64,000 bases of DNA from Marsupella aquatica. Lineage: Eukaryota; Plantae; Marchantiophyta. Below, piece by piece: positions 1-10,701 of the stretch; position 1 is the first letter of the stretch; every line of letters starts with the position of its first letter. A program made the position numbers and the translations under genes. The stretch lies in assembly GCA_973895155.1 (NCBI GenBank), contig OZ316897.1, positions 4,915,976-4,979,975 on the forward strand, in the 5' to 3' direction. Under the pieces are notes generated by a model, which ran no database searches, had not been told where the DNA came from, and saw only the letters and a program-made list of their open reading frames with translations.

Positions 1-2823
1 CCCAAATCCTGCCAGAAGGTTGAGATTGAGCCAGGGAAATTCCTCAATATCAGTAAACATATTCAAGGAGAATTGAGGGAAAAATATATAGATTTGCTAA
101 AGCAATACCGAGATATATTTGCATGGAGTCACAAGGACATCAAAGGAATTCCCCCTTACCTTGGGCAACATCGAATTGACCTCATTGAAGGATCAATTCC
201 GATCCGGCAAAGACAATATCGGCTCAACCCTAAGTATTCCATGATGGTAAAAGAGGAAATTGACAAGTTAACGGAGGCCGGATTCATTTTTCCAGTCCTT
301 AGCAGCGAATGGGTATCACCCATTGTTATTGTGCCCAAGAAGTCTGGACCAGATGGCAAAGTGAAGATTCGTGTGTGTCAAGATTATCGGAAATTGAATT
401 CTGTGACAAGGAAAGATCATTATCCCTTACCATTCATTGACACTGTTCTTGATACAATAGCTGCTCATTCTCTTTACAGTTTCCTTGATGGATACTCAGG
501 GTATAACCAAGTTTCAGTACGAGAGGAGGATCGGGATAAATCAACGTTCACGACGGATTGGGGAACTTATGCATTTAATGTGATGCCTTTTGGGTTATGC
601 AACGCCCCTGGAACATTTCAACGAATAATGATGATCATATTTCAAGAGTACCTCCATAGATTTATAGAAATTTTTATTGATGATTTCTGTGTATATAGTT
701 CAGACAAAATCCATTTAGAAAAGCTCGGATTGACTTTCCAAAAGTGTAGAGAATCACAACTCTCTCTACACCCTGAGAAATGCTTTTTCGGCATGAGAGA
801 GGGTATCTTGCTAGGGCATGTCATATCTAGCCAGGGAATTGAGGTTGATGCTGAGAAGGTCAGAGTTATCCTACAACCTCCTTCTAATCTAAGAGAGTTG
901 AGGGGATTTCTAGGTTATGTAGGATACTACCGTCGATTTATTCGCCATTACGCTAACCTTGCCATGCCACTTACTCAACTGTTGAAAAAGGATGTTGATT
1001 ATGAGTGGACAGCCTTGAGACAGAAGGCCTTTGAAGAACTCAAAGGCAGATTAACCCGAGCTCCTGTTTTAGTTCCACCAAATTGGGAAAAGGAATTTCA
1101 CGTTTACATTGATGCTTCAGCTTTCTATATTGGAGCTGTCCTAAGCCAGCAAGATGATGATCAGAAGGATCACCCCATTTATTTTGCAAGTCAACAAATG
1201 AATGCAACAGAGAAGAATTATACGGTGACAGAGAGAGAAGCTTTGTCGGTAATCTTCTCATGCAAGAAATTTTGCCACTACTTGTTGGGGTACAAAACCA
1301 TTTTCCACACTGACCACTCTTCACTTAAGTACCTTGTTAACCAAGCAGATCTTTCAGGAAGGATTGCACGTTGGGTTTTGCTTCTACAAGAATATGATTT
1401 TGAAGTACGGGTAAGACCTGGGAAGCATCATGACAACGCTGATTTCCTCTCACGATTGGAAGGCGATGAATCTAGAGAGCCATTGAATGATGATTTTCCA
1501 GATGAGACATTATGGCACATCGAGGGTGAAGAATCATGGTATGTAGACATTGTTCAAATGCTAACTCAAGGAATGTTTCCCCCTAACCTCAACCCCGAGC
1601 AACGTGCTGTTTTCTTGCATAAGGTTGGACCTTATACCTTGAAGCAAGGAATCCTCTATAAACTTTCCCCGGATCAGAAACTTAAGCGATGCTTGGAAGA
1701 ACGAGAAGTCAGGAAGGTTATTGCTGCCATGCACACGGAAGAAGCTGGAGGCCATTATGCAGTCAATGTTACAGTAAAGAAAATATGGGATGCCAAATAT
1801 TGGTGGTCCACCATGCATCGAGATACACATCAATTTATCAAGTCATGTGATCCGTGCCAACGCATGGGTAAACCCACCTCTACTTCTCATTGGCCTTTAA
1901 CTCCCATCTTACCTTTAGCTCCTTTTGAAAAATGGGGAATTGATTTTATAGGGCCTATTCAACCTGCAGCTGCTCACACTGTTAATCGATACATCATCCT
2001 AGCTACGGATTACACTACTAAATGGGTAGAAGCACGAGCCACCAAGCAAAATGATGCTGCCACTGCTGCTAAATTCTTATTTGAAGACATCATTACACAG
2101 TTTGGGTGCCCATTAGAACTAGTCAGTGACAGAGGCTTACATTTTCTAAATAATACGATCGCACATATCACTGACAAGTATCTAATTAAGCATAGAAAGA
2201 CTACCCCCTATAACCCCAAAGCAAATGGCTTAACTGAGAAGGCTAATGGATTAATGGAGAGAATTTTAATTAAGGTAGTTTCTGCACATAAGTCGGATTG
2301 GGATCAGAAATTACACTTTGCTCTATGGGCCTACCGCACCGCAGAAAAGATTACAACGCGTCGAACTCCATTTTATTTAGTCTATGGCTTGGACAGTATA
2401 GTACCCATTGAATTCGAGGTACCCACTGACCGAGTGGCCAATCCTCAACGACTCGATGTTGAACAAAGTCAAATATTAAGATTGGAAAGTTTGGACAAGC
2501 TCGAGGAAGATCGACACTTCTCCTTGGTTGAAACGGAGAAGCAACAGAGAATCAGGAGCCAAAGATTTGATAAAAAATTGAAGAAGGTGGAAATACAGGC
2601 AAATGATTATGTGTTATTATATGATAACCGGTACATGATATTTCCTGGGAAATTACACACAAGGTGGCTTGGACCTTATAAGGTGCGACAAATTTTCCCT
2701 AATGGATCCTTAATCTTGGAAGATTTACAAGGTGAGGAATTACCTACCCGAGTAAATGGGTCTCGAGTCAAGAAATATCATCTTCCTTATTCAGCCGGTT
2801 TGCGAGGGCGCGACATCGTTTGA
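1..2823 (+). CDS. pol: Ty3/gypsy pol (RT-RNaseH-integrase), 5'-partial, open frame, no chromodomain
   Basis: Frame is open from base 1. RT motifs LDGYSGYNQ, MPFGLCNAP, FIDDF; RNase H IDAS...EREAL...TDH; integrase H-H-C-C, WGIDFIGP, SDRG, NGLTE; GPY motif. Domain order is RT-RH-IN. Confidence 0.96.
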   Translation, partial: PKSCQKVEIEPGKFLNISKHIQGELREKYIDLLKQYRDIFAWSHKDIKGIPPYLGQHRIDLIEGSIPIRQRQYRLNPKYSMMVKEEIDKLTEAGFIFPVLSSEWVSPIVIVPKKSGPDGKVKIRVCQDYRKLNSVTRKDHYPLPFIDTVLDTIAAHSLYSFLDGYSGYNQVSVREEDRDKSTFTTDWGTYAFNVMPFGLCNAPGTFQRIMMIIFQEYLHRFIEIFIDDFCVYSSDKIHLEKLGLTFQKCRESQLSLHPEKCFFGMREGILLGHVISSQGIEVDAEKVRVILQPPSNLRELRGFLGYVGYYRRFIRHYANLAMPLTQLLKKDVDYEWTALRQKAFEELKGRLTRAPVLVPPNWEKEFHVYIDASAFYIGAVLSQQDDDQKDHPIYFASQQMNATEKNYTVTEREALSVIFSCKKFCHYLLGYKTIFHTDHSSLKYLVNQADLSGRIARWVLLLQEYDFEVRVRPGKHHDNADFLSRLEGDESREPLNDDFPDETLWHIEGEESWYVDIVQMLTQGMFPPNLNPEQRAVFLHKVGPYTLKQGILYKLSPDQKLKRCLEEREVRKVIAAMHTEEAGGHYAVNVTVKKIWDAKYWWSTMHRDTHQFIKSCDPCQRMGKPTSTSHWPLTPILPLAPFEKWGIDFIGPIQPAAAHTVNRYIILATDYTTKWVEARATKQNDAATAAKFLFEDIITQFGCPLELVSDRGLHFLNNTIAHITDKYLIKHRKTTPYNPKANGLTEKANGLMERILIKVVSAHKSDWDQKLHFALWAYRTAEKITTRRTPFYLVYGLDSIVPIEFEVPTDRVANPQRLDVEQSQILRLESLDKLEEDRHFSLVETEKQQRIRSQRFDKKLKKVEIQANDYVLLYDNRYMIFPGKLHTRWLGPYKVRQIFPNGSLILEDLQGEELPTRVNGSRVKKYHLPYSAGLRGRDIV

Positions 2824-2831
2824 GGAGGGGG
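2822..2831 (+). promoter_or_regulatory. Polypurine tract of the gypsy element
   Basis: GAGGAGGGGG overlaps the pol stop and lies 3 nt before TGTGATA (2835). Confidence 0.8.
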
Positions 2832-2834
2832 TTA

Positions 2835-3980
2835 TGTGATAACATGGTTAAGAAGAAAGGAATAAAGAAAGTGGAAAAATTAAATTTTTTTGCCTTTGAA
2901 GCGGGAAAGAAGAACCTTAAATGCTAAGCAAACCATTATTGAAAGTCTAACAACCATTCAAGAGATTAAGAGAAGGAAAAGAGGCTCAACCGGAAGAAAG
3001 TATTTCTTGGTAAAGAGAAGGAAACCGGACCACAAACCGGAAGCCGTAAAATCGTCTCCGGACGCTATCAAGAAAATCTAACACCAGGTTCTTGAAGCCG
3101 AGGCTACGCTCTTCGTCCTGGGGAAAACCCATAAGCATTGGACTCCTGACAGTGAGCCGAAATCCCTCTTAAGGCCGAACCGGTTTTGCTCTTCTCACAC
3201 CTCTCAAAGTTGAACAGATTAAGTTTTGAGCTCCCGAGTGAATAGGCTTGTCGAAGCAGTAGTGAAAGGAGGCTCTTCCCTTCCGATTGAGGATCTTGGG
3301 TCCGGATTATAGGACCATTCTAGTTTCTATGAGAGAAAGGTATAAGAGAGCCTTGACATACTCGTGTGAGGTGGCAGCCTACTCCTACGCTTGGAGGGAA
3401 GGCTGGGGATGTGGAGATTGGCGCTAAGGCCCCCTATTTTGATAGTAATCTACTTCCGGGGCTTGAGCCGGTTTCTGAACCGGAACTGAACCGGTGGCAA
3501 ATCGGTTTCTACTATATCTCGCTTGCTGGACGTTCATTTTCGCTGACAGTGTGCTGAGATCGAGAAGGTTGGCTGATATACATGATGGAGTAATTATAGA
3601 GGCTATATTCACTTCTAGCTCCTACCTTCTGCTCTCACCGGTTCAAATCTGTTTGCTACTCCAACTACCAGGCAGTATGAAGAGTGCCAAGAGCAGTCCT
3701 TCTTCCAAGACTCAGAGTGGGACTCCAGTAAAGCCTGAAGTACGACGTTCAAAGAGGAAGGAGACTCAGATCACCATGAAGCCCTTGAGACCCCTCATTC
3801 CTACTGATGCAGCTGAGAAGGAACAGCTCTGAAAAGATCGTACACTAATGGGCTATGCCTCCTTGATGGATCTTACTTGGGGATTTATGAGTGAAGACAT
3901 GGTGAGGGAAGTGCTGGCAGGAGTTCCTCCCATAGAATTTCAGAAGACTGCACGAGCTCGACCAGAAGCTTGGACCAAGG
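2835..3980 (+). mobile_element. 3' LTR (truncated) of the gypsy element, containing an ORF
   Basis: Starts TGTGAT right after the PPT. Cut off at ~3980 where the protease of another element begins. Confidence 0.7.
3677..3980 (+). pseudogene. N-terminal part of an LTR-encoded protein of unknown function
   Basis: MKSAKSSP...EKEQL*KDRTLMGYASLMDLTWGFMSEDMVREV...PEAWTK reads in one frame across a single TGA. The GYASLMDLTW block resembles GLEAFVRLPW of the 4.7-kb element ORF. Confidence 0.5.
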
Positions 3981-4561
3981 CAGACTCTGGTGCCCAACCC
4001 TTGATGTTGGGGAAGGCAGCTTGTATTGGTTTGGGTATTCGGAGGTCAGAGTTGGAGCCATGCCCATTCCAGATTCAGACATCACTTGGAGGAGCCAGTG
4101 ATAGGTCTCACTTCATGACACGGGAGAGGGTGTCAGTGCAGATGAGGCCAGATCATGCGACTGATAGCTCTACATTAGGAGTGACTGTTGTGGTGACATC
4201 AGCAGAGTCGTATGATGTACTAGTTGGAGGTGCAGTGTTGTACCCGATGGGTTTTCAGATGGACTATTGGACTGAGAGAGTAGCCTTTAGACCTGGTTGG
4301 CAGTCTAGTGATGGACGTTTGAGCCAGGTGCCTATGAGGTTTATTTCTCGGGTTAGACCAGGAGGGACTTCCCCAGAGGTATTGGCATCAGTTGCTGGTT
4401 TTAGTGGAGTGGTCACTTGGCCAGATGATTTGTTGGAGGGTAACCTCTTAGCCATGGATTCTCCAGTCTATGAGGAGGTAGAGGAGGTCTTTAGTTTGGC
4501 GGCAGTGGTACCCTCCTTGTTGGATGTTCCACTTTGGAGTTCAAGTGGAGTGTTGAGGTAG
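3981..4561 (+). pseudogene. Retroviral-type aspartic protease region
   Basis: DSGAQPLMLG and YDVLVGG motifs; homologous to LDIGAQPLMLG / YDVLVG in copy 2. Confidence 0.75.
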
Positions 4562-4573
4562 AAGGCTGATCAT

Positions 4574-5680
4574 TTGATATCACAGGCTTGGAGTACACCC
4601 TTTGTACCTGTGGAGGTAGAGGAGGCTCCAAGACGAGCTCCTACTGGTGGTCCAGTGGGGTTGTCTCCTTTGGATACAACACCCATTGTTTGGGAGTATC
4701 CACCAGAGGGTATTTGTGTGTTGGACCTCTTTGGTGGGATTAGCACTGGTTTGGCTGCAGTGTTGCAGGCCGGGATACTTGTGAGGAAGTATTTGTATGT
4801 GGAGAGAGATGAGACCTCGAGGAGGGTTTCATCACGACATCTTGCATTGTTGATGCAGAGATACCTTGAGTTGTTGTCACAGTCCGCAATTCGAGGGTAT
4901 CAATGGAGTTTGCCATCAAACATTTCATTGTTGGGGGCGCAAGACCTTGAGAGGGTTGGCCCTATTGATTTGGTGATTGCTGGATGGCCATGTCAGGGAC
5001 ATACTCGGGCTGGTCATGGTGGAGGGTTACGTGAACCTCGTTCTCATATGTTTTGGGAGATGTTGCGGGTGTTGCATCATCTTCAAGTGCATCAGGCACG
5101 TGCTCCAGCTTACATTCTGGAGAATGTCCCTTTGATGGGTGATACTAGATCTCATGTGATCACGGCTGCACATGAGGTACGGTCATGGATTGGGCCAGCT
5201 ATTTTGTTGGATGCAGCGAGGGTGGGCTCACGTGCACATCGTCCACGGTTGTGGTGGACGAACTTGTTACCCAGGGAGCTTTTGAGGCGCGCCTATGATG
5301 CAATCCAGCGGCCGCTATCTCTCATCGTGGATAGTATTTTGGATGGTGGACGACGTTCTCAGGTGGTGAGAGCAGTGGATAGGTCACCCATGGCAATAGT
5401 GAACCTTGTGGGGCAGCCTAGAATGGCTTTGCCTACATTTGTGAGTTTTCCCTCGTCACATGCCTATAGGGATGGTGGTCCTGGGCTTGTATGGGATTCT
5501 CATGTGCGCCAGTTGGTGGAGCCCAACGCCGATGAGAGAGAGAGCGTGCTATGGGGTTTCCTACCGGTGTGACATTAGTCTCTTCAGTTTCAGAGGCATC
5601 ACGTCGCCAGGTGTTGGGTCAGGCTATGGACCTGAACTGTTTGACGTGGATTGTGAGCCTTGCAATGGCCGAGCAGCGGA
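4574..5680 (+). pseudogene. C5 cytosine DNA methyltransferase domain (DNMT3-like), frameshift near 5540
   Basis: Motif I VLDLFGGISTG, II YVERD, IV AGWPCQ, VI ILENV, VIII HRPRLWWTN, IX EPNADERE, X RRQVLGQAMD. Confidence 0.9.
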
Positions 5681-5913
5681 GACTTAGGACCATGTCTGTG
5701 GTTACTTCACCCCTGGTGATGAGCTCGTTGCCTTCCGGGATGGTAGAGGCATCGGCTGGGGGCAAGGAGAGTGGTAGTTTTCATCCTTGGAGTACATGGG
5801 ATGTGATGGATGGGCATGTAGAGTTGGTGGCCCATGTTGGTGGAGGAGTTGTTTGCTCAAGTGATGGTGTAAAGGAGCATGTGCCATCGTCTGAGGAGGT
5901 GGCATAGCAACCA

Positions 5914-7540
5914 ATGGCATTGTCCTCTTCCTCTAGTGTACCGGTAGAGGAGACTTGGGAGCCATCACTTGGACCCAAGCTGACAGGAGGTGAACGACGA
6001 CAGTTGACACAATTCCTACGTGCTTATAGGAGTTGTTTTGCCTTTAGCATGAAGGAGTTGGGTGCTTTGGTGGGACCTGGTATACGGATTGATTTGGCTA
6101 GTGATACGCCAATGAATCTTTTGTCGTCCCTACAGATATAGTGATATGGAGAGGGACTTGATTCGGAGTAAGACGTTGGACCTTTTGGAGGCTGGATTAG
6201 TGGAGTTGTCGCATGGGGAGTATACGTCAGCCACTGTCATGCCTGTCAAAAAGGATGTGCATGGCAACTACACAGAGAGGCGGATGTGTGGAGATTACCG
6301 TCCTATCAATCGGCAGACAAAGGCCGATAGGTATGCCATGCCCACACCTGAGGAGATCTTTGATGTGGTGGGACCTGCAAGGATTTTCAGTACTTTGGAT
6401 CTTCGGGCAGGATACCATCAGTTGCCAATTCGAGTGAGTGACAAGGCCAAGACAGCATTTTGGGGAGTCAACTCATATGGCAAGGATTGTTTGTATCAGT
6501 GGCGATTCTTACCCTTTGGGTTGAAGAATGCACCTGTCGAGTTTCAGAGAGTGATGGACAGGATCCTAGCAGGATTGGATTTTTTTCGGTGTTACATTGA
6601 TGATATCTTGGTGTTCAGTGATACTGTGGAGGAGCACCAACAACATTTGCAGATTGTGTTTGAGCGATTGAAAGCTCATGGTCTACGTTTACATCCAGGA
6701 AAGTGTAGGTTCTTCCATGAGGATGTTGAGTACTTGGGTCATGTGATCTACCCAAGTGGTTTGGGGGTCCAACAGGCAAAGGTTGAGGCTATTGCACGTA
6801 TTCCTCGGCCGACAGATGTGAGTAGAGTTCGGGCATTCATGGGATTGGCGAACTACTATCGGCGATATGTGAAGGGATTTAGTGCTATAGCAAAGCCTTT
6901 GAACAAGTTGTTGAAGTTTAATCAGGAGTGGCAGTGGGGAGATGACCAGGAGAGAGCTTTTATGGAGCTCAAGGCCAAGTTGGTGTCTGCGCCTATCTTG
7001 AGGAGACCTATTAGGGGTCGCCCATTTCAACTGCACACTGATTGGAGTATGTTGGGGATTGGAGCGGTGTTGACACAACATGATGATGAGAACAAGGAGT
7101 TTGTGGTGGCCTATGCAAGTTGTTCAAACAATGCAGCAGAATCAAGCTATGGTTCGTACGAGGGAGAGTGCTTGGCAGCAATGTGGGCTGTGGCACACTT
7201 TAGGTGTTACTTGTTTGGCACAGAGTTTACCCTTGTTACTGATCACCAACCGCTCAAGTGGTTGATGGAGTTTGATAAGCTTACAGGAAAGCTTGCACGG
7301 TGGGCTCTTATCTTACAGGAGTATGACTTTCAGGTGGTACATAGACCTGGAGTTACCAACCTTGATGCTGATGGGTTGAGTAGGAACCCATGTCCTAGTC
7401 AGGAGGATGATACTGGAGCTAGATGGCATGGAGAGGTTGATGAGGAGATGGTGCCAGGATGGCATGCATCTGCCTTTTTGTGTTTGTTGGGTGTGAACTC
7501 TAGTATGGAGGATCACCTTACACCCCCTTCCTCTAGTTAG
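5914..7540 (+). pseudogene. Reverse transcriptase + RNase H
   Basis: LDLRAGYHQ, LPFGLKNAP, YIDD, LHTDWS, TDHQPL, DADGLSR; frameshift near 6120. Confidence 0.93.
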
Positions 7541-7615
7541 AGGGTAGATGGCCAGCCTGCAGATCCGGAGGTTGGAGATGGTGCTACAGATCAACGTGAT
7601 ATTCATGATGATGCG

Positions 7616-8699
7616 TTGGTGTTAGAGTTCCTACGGACCAGTAGGGTGCCAGGCATAGTGAGTGCCAAGGAGCGAGACCGTGTTCTCCAACGGGCTAGGA
7701 GGTACCGATTGGAGGGAACACATGTTCTCCATGTGTGGGAGGATGGTAGAGTACGAGTGGTACCCCATATAGCTCAGAGAGAGCGCATTGTGCGACATGC
7801 TCATGAGGAGTTGGGACATTTTGGAGTAAAGCATACGTATAGCTTACTTCTTGGTCAATATTGGTGGCATGGCATGCACACTCAGGTGAAACAGTTGGTG
7901 TCACATTGTATGGTTTGCGATCGGGTGAGGGCATCGTTCAATGCCCCTACACCACAGTTACACCCCTTACCTATTATGGGGTTGGGTTACCGTTGGAGTT
8001 TGGACTTTGCAGGACCATTACCGTCTAGGCGGCATCATCGGTATGCGTTGGTGATGGTGGAGCACTTTTCTAAGTGGATTGAGTTGGTGGCATTGCCTGA
8101 CAAGGCAAGTGAGGGAACGTCGTATGCATTTCTTGATAGAGTGCTTAGTCATTTTGGTGCACCAGCGGAGGTGTTGACCGACCAGGGTATGGAGTTTCAG
8201 GGTGAGTTTCAGGTCTTGTGTGACAAGGCGTTGATTGATCACCGGACCACATCTCGAGATCATCCAGAGGCGGATGGTTTGGCAGAGCGTGTTGTTCAGA
8301 CGGTGAAGAGGGGATTGTGCAAGTATGGCCTACAGAAGGGGCATCTTGGAGATTGGGACAATCATTCAGTTGCCATGGTTAGCCATGGGGTATAGGTTCA
8401 GTCGTCAAGCATCCTTGGCTTCCTTCTCACCTTATTTTTTGTTGTACGGCTGAGACCCAGACTTGCCCACAGCAATTTGTCGAGATTCTAGTGAGGTGGT
8501 GAACCTTGATGACCCGGAGGTGTGGCTGAGGGTGTGTTCTCAAAGGGCACAGCTCTTTCAGAGAGTTATGCCAGCAGCCTTTGAGAACCTTGCCATTGCT
8601 CAACACAGAGATACGTTGCATTATGCAACCATCCGGGGTGGAGGTTATCAACCATCCATTCGTAGGTTCCATGTGGGGGACTATGTCTATTTGCAGTAG
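7616..8699 (+). pseudogene. DDE integrase
   Basis: HEELGH...CMVC, WSLDFAGP, TDQG, DGLAER; frameshift and stops after 8360. Confidence 0.92.
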
Positions 8700-8714
8700 A
8701 CTGCACCAACAACG

Positions 8715-9041
8715 TTGGATGTGACGGCAAGACGCACTATCTTACGTGTGAGAGAGGTGTTGGCTTCTGGAGTTCTCATGTTGGAGGGTCGTGATGGTGT
8801 TGTTTGGAAGGACCATGTGCATAATTGTGCGCCATGTCACCTCCCAAACGTGGATGGTACAGTGGACCCCAGCTTGGCAGTGATACGTGCTAGCTTGAGG
8901 TGCATGTTGTGTGGGTCTGCTAGTGAAGCAGCCCGTATGTTGGTTTGTGATAGATGTTCTAGGGGTTGGCATATGTCATGCTTAACTCCACCTATTGATG
9001 TTGTGCCTATTGGACGGTGGGTTTGTCCTCAGAGTACTTAG
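8715..9041 (+). pseudogene. Integrase C-terminal region with PHD finger
   Basis: CMLC...CDRC...WHMSC...W.CPQ(S) fits the C4-H-C3 pattern, with the last Cys mutated to Ser here and intact in copy 2. Confidence 0.85.
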
Positions 9042-9211
9042 GAGGTGGATGATTTGATCTTCACATGGTATGGATTGCAGATGGGCGATTAACGATGGGG
9101 CAACATAGCACCCGGCCTTCTGATCCGTGCACCCACAAAGGTGTATAGCATGTAGTAGATGGATAGGGCTACCTGGGAGTTAGAGGGACCTAACTGCCAG
9201 TTTAGGGGGCG

Positions 9212-9801
9212 AGTTGCGGTACACTGTCTTGTATTTGTGTATGCTCTTGTCCATGTTATGCATGTATGTGAGTATGGCATGACCAGCAATGTATGTTGTA
9301 TGACGATGTGAATTCGCACGACAGCTGTCATGACCATACGTAGCGTGCTAGACTATGTAGTGTGCTAGCGGAGTCCATACCTTAGATGGGCCGTAGTGCC
9401 TAGTTAGGAGTCTGGTTCCATGGTAGAGGGTTAGAGGGGGTGCCCTGTTGAGGGTGACTCCTCTAGTAGGACCCGCCCTCAGGGTTGGAGGGTATAGTGT
9501 GGAGAGGCTCAAAGGACGGTTAGTTCTTTGAGTTGAGCCTTTGGCGTTGGGAGAGCCTTGGTAGTGAGTGGAGCTCCTTGGCTATGGTGTCCCGTTAGCT
9601 TCGACCTAGATTCTCCATTGTGGAGTGGGTTTAGCTTGACTGTGTGTGTTCTTACGTGTTTTATGACAGTATGTCTTTCACGGATTTCTAGTTGCGGTAC
9701 ACTATCTTGTATTTGTGTATGCTCTTGTCCATGTTATGCATGTATGTGAGTATGGCATGACCAGCAATGTATGTTGTATGACGATGTGGATTCGCACGAC
9801 A
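9212..9801 (+). repeat. Terminal A-gc-B-A structure: 112-bp direct repeats 9212-9323 and 9690-9801
   Basis: The two copies differ at 2 positions. Junction CACGACA-GC-TGTCATG at 9317-9332. Confidence 0.9.
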
Positions 9802-9879
9802 AAGAGGGTTCTGCCTAGTCAAGCCTAGGTATGTGTTGTGGACAATCACTAGAAGAATCCGAGGTGAACTGAGACCGCA

Positions 9880-10185
9880 ATATATGACTCATTTTGGCTC
9901 ATGTGACTTCATTGTGACTCAACGTGACTTGACCCACGCTGTGACCCTTGGAGTTGCAAAAGTTGAGACCAAAAAATGGAAGTCACTATTGATACTGGGC
10001 TTTGCAACTTGCTTGATACCCATTTGTGACTGATCTGTGACTTTATTGTGGAGTCTAGCCTTGTTTCGACGTGACTGCAATATGACTTCAGCGAGTCACA
10101 TCGTAAGTCACATACATGACTTACCCGCATTCAACAACGACTAGCGTGTGACTATTTAGTGTCACAGGAGAGACCAATGGAGACC
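9880..10185. repeat. CACTA subterminal repeat array (TGTGACT/AGTCACA core, both orientations)
   Basis: More than 10 copies of (T/C)GTGACT or ATGACT and their reverse complements within ~300 bp of the terminus. Confidence 0.8.
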
Positions 10186-10701
10186 CTGGCCCGCGTCACA
10201 CAACAGAACCATTTGGGACTCTATATACTCATGTTTATAACTAATAAGGTTCACATGCAAGTTATAACCATGACTAATGAACACAGAGGGACAGTTCATA
10301 AGAAGAGAGAGCACTCGACATTACAATACATAGAAACCTGATGTTCTAACTTTAGAAATATAACACATTGAATACAAGAAATGAACATAGCATGAATGAC
10401 ATCCACATGAAACAAAGCATCATATAAGCAGATCCTACATAAAACATTCATAAGAATTAAACACAATCACAATCTTGCTAAAAAATGAAGATCATTTGAA
10501 TTCCAATGGAATAGTTTACAATGTGATCAATGTAATTTAGACAAAACAGGAACTCATAATTGATGACTGTAGGATGAGATAACTAAAAGCACATGCATGA
10601 TACTATGAATCTCCAAGAGGACATGATTCTTGTACTGCTTCTTGACATCTAAAATCTACATAACATGACTCACACTACAAACAAATAATGGCATGACATT
10701 G

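Larger units (their letters stand above)
3981..9801 (+). mobile_element. Gypsy-type retrotransposon with C5-DNMT and PHD domains, copy 1 (5'-truncated, degenerate)
   Basis: Domain order PR-DNMT-RT-RH-IN-PHD, then PPT TTTAGGGGGC (9201-9210) and terminal repeats ending ...CGACA at 9801. Confidence 0.92.

Noticed and set aside
3848-4561. 237-aa ORF as a single real gene
   Set aside because: It is a chance in-frame chimera across a deletion junction (~3980) joining the LTR ORF to the protease of another element.
4574-5572. Host DNMT3/DRM gene
   Set aside because: It is intronless, embedded between PR and RT, and sits in the same position in a second copy.
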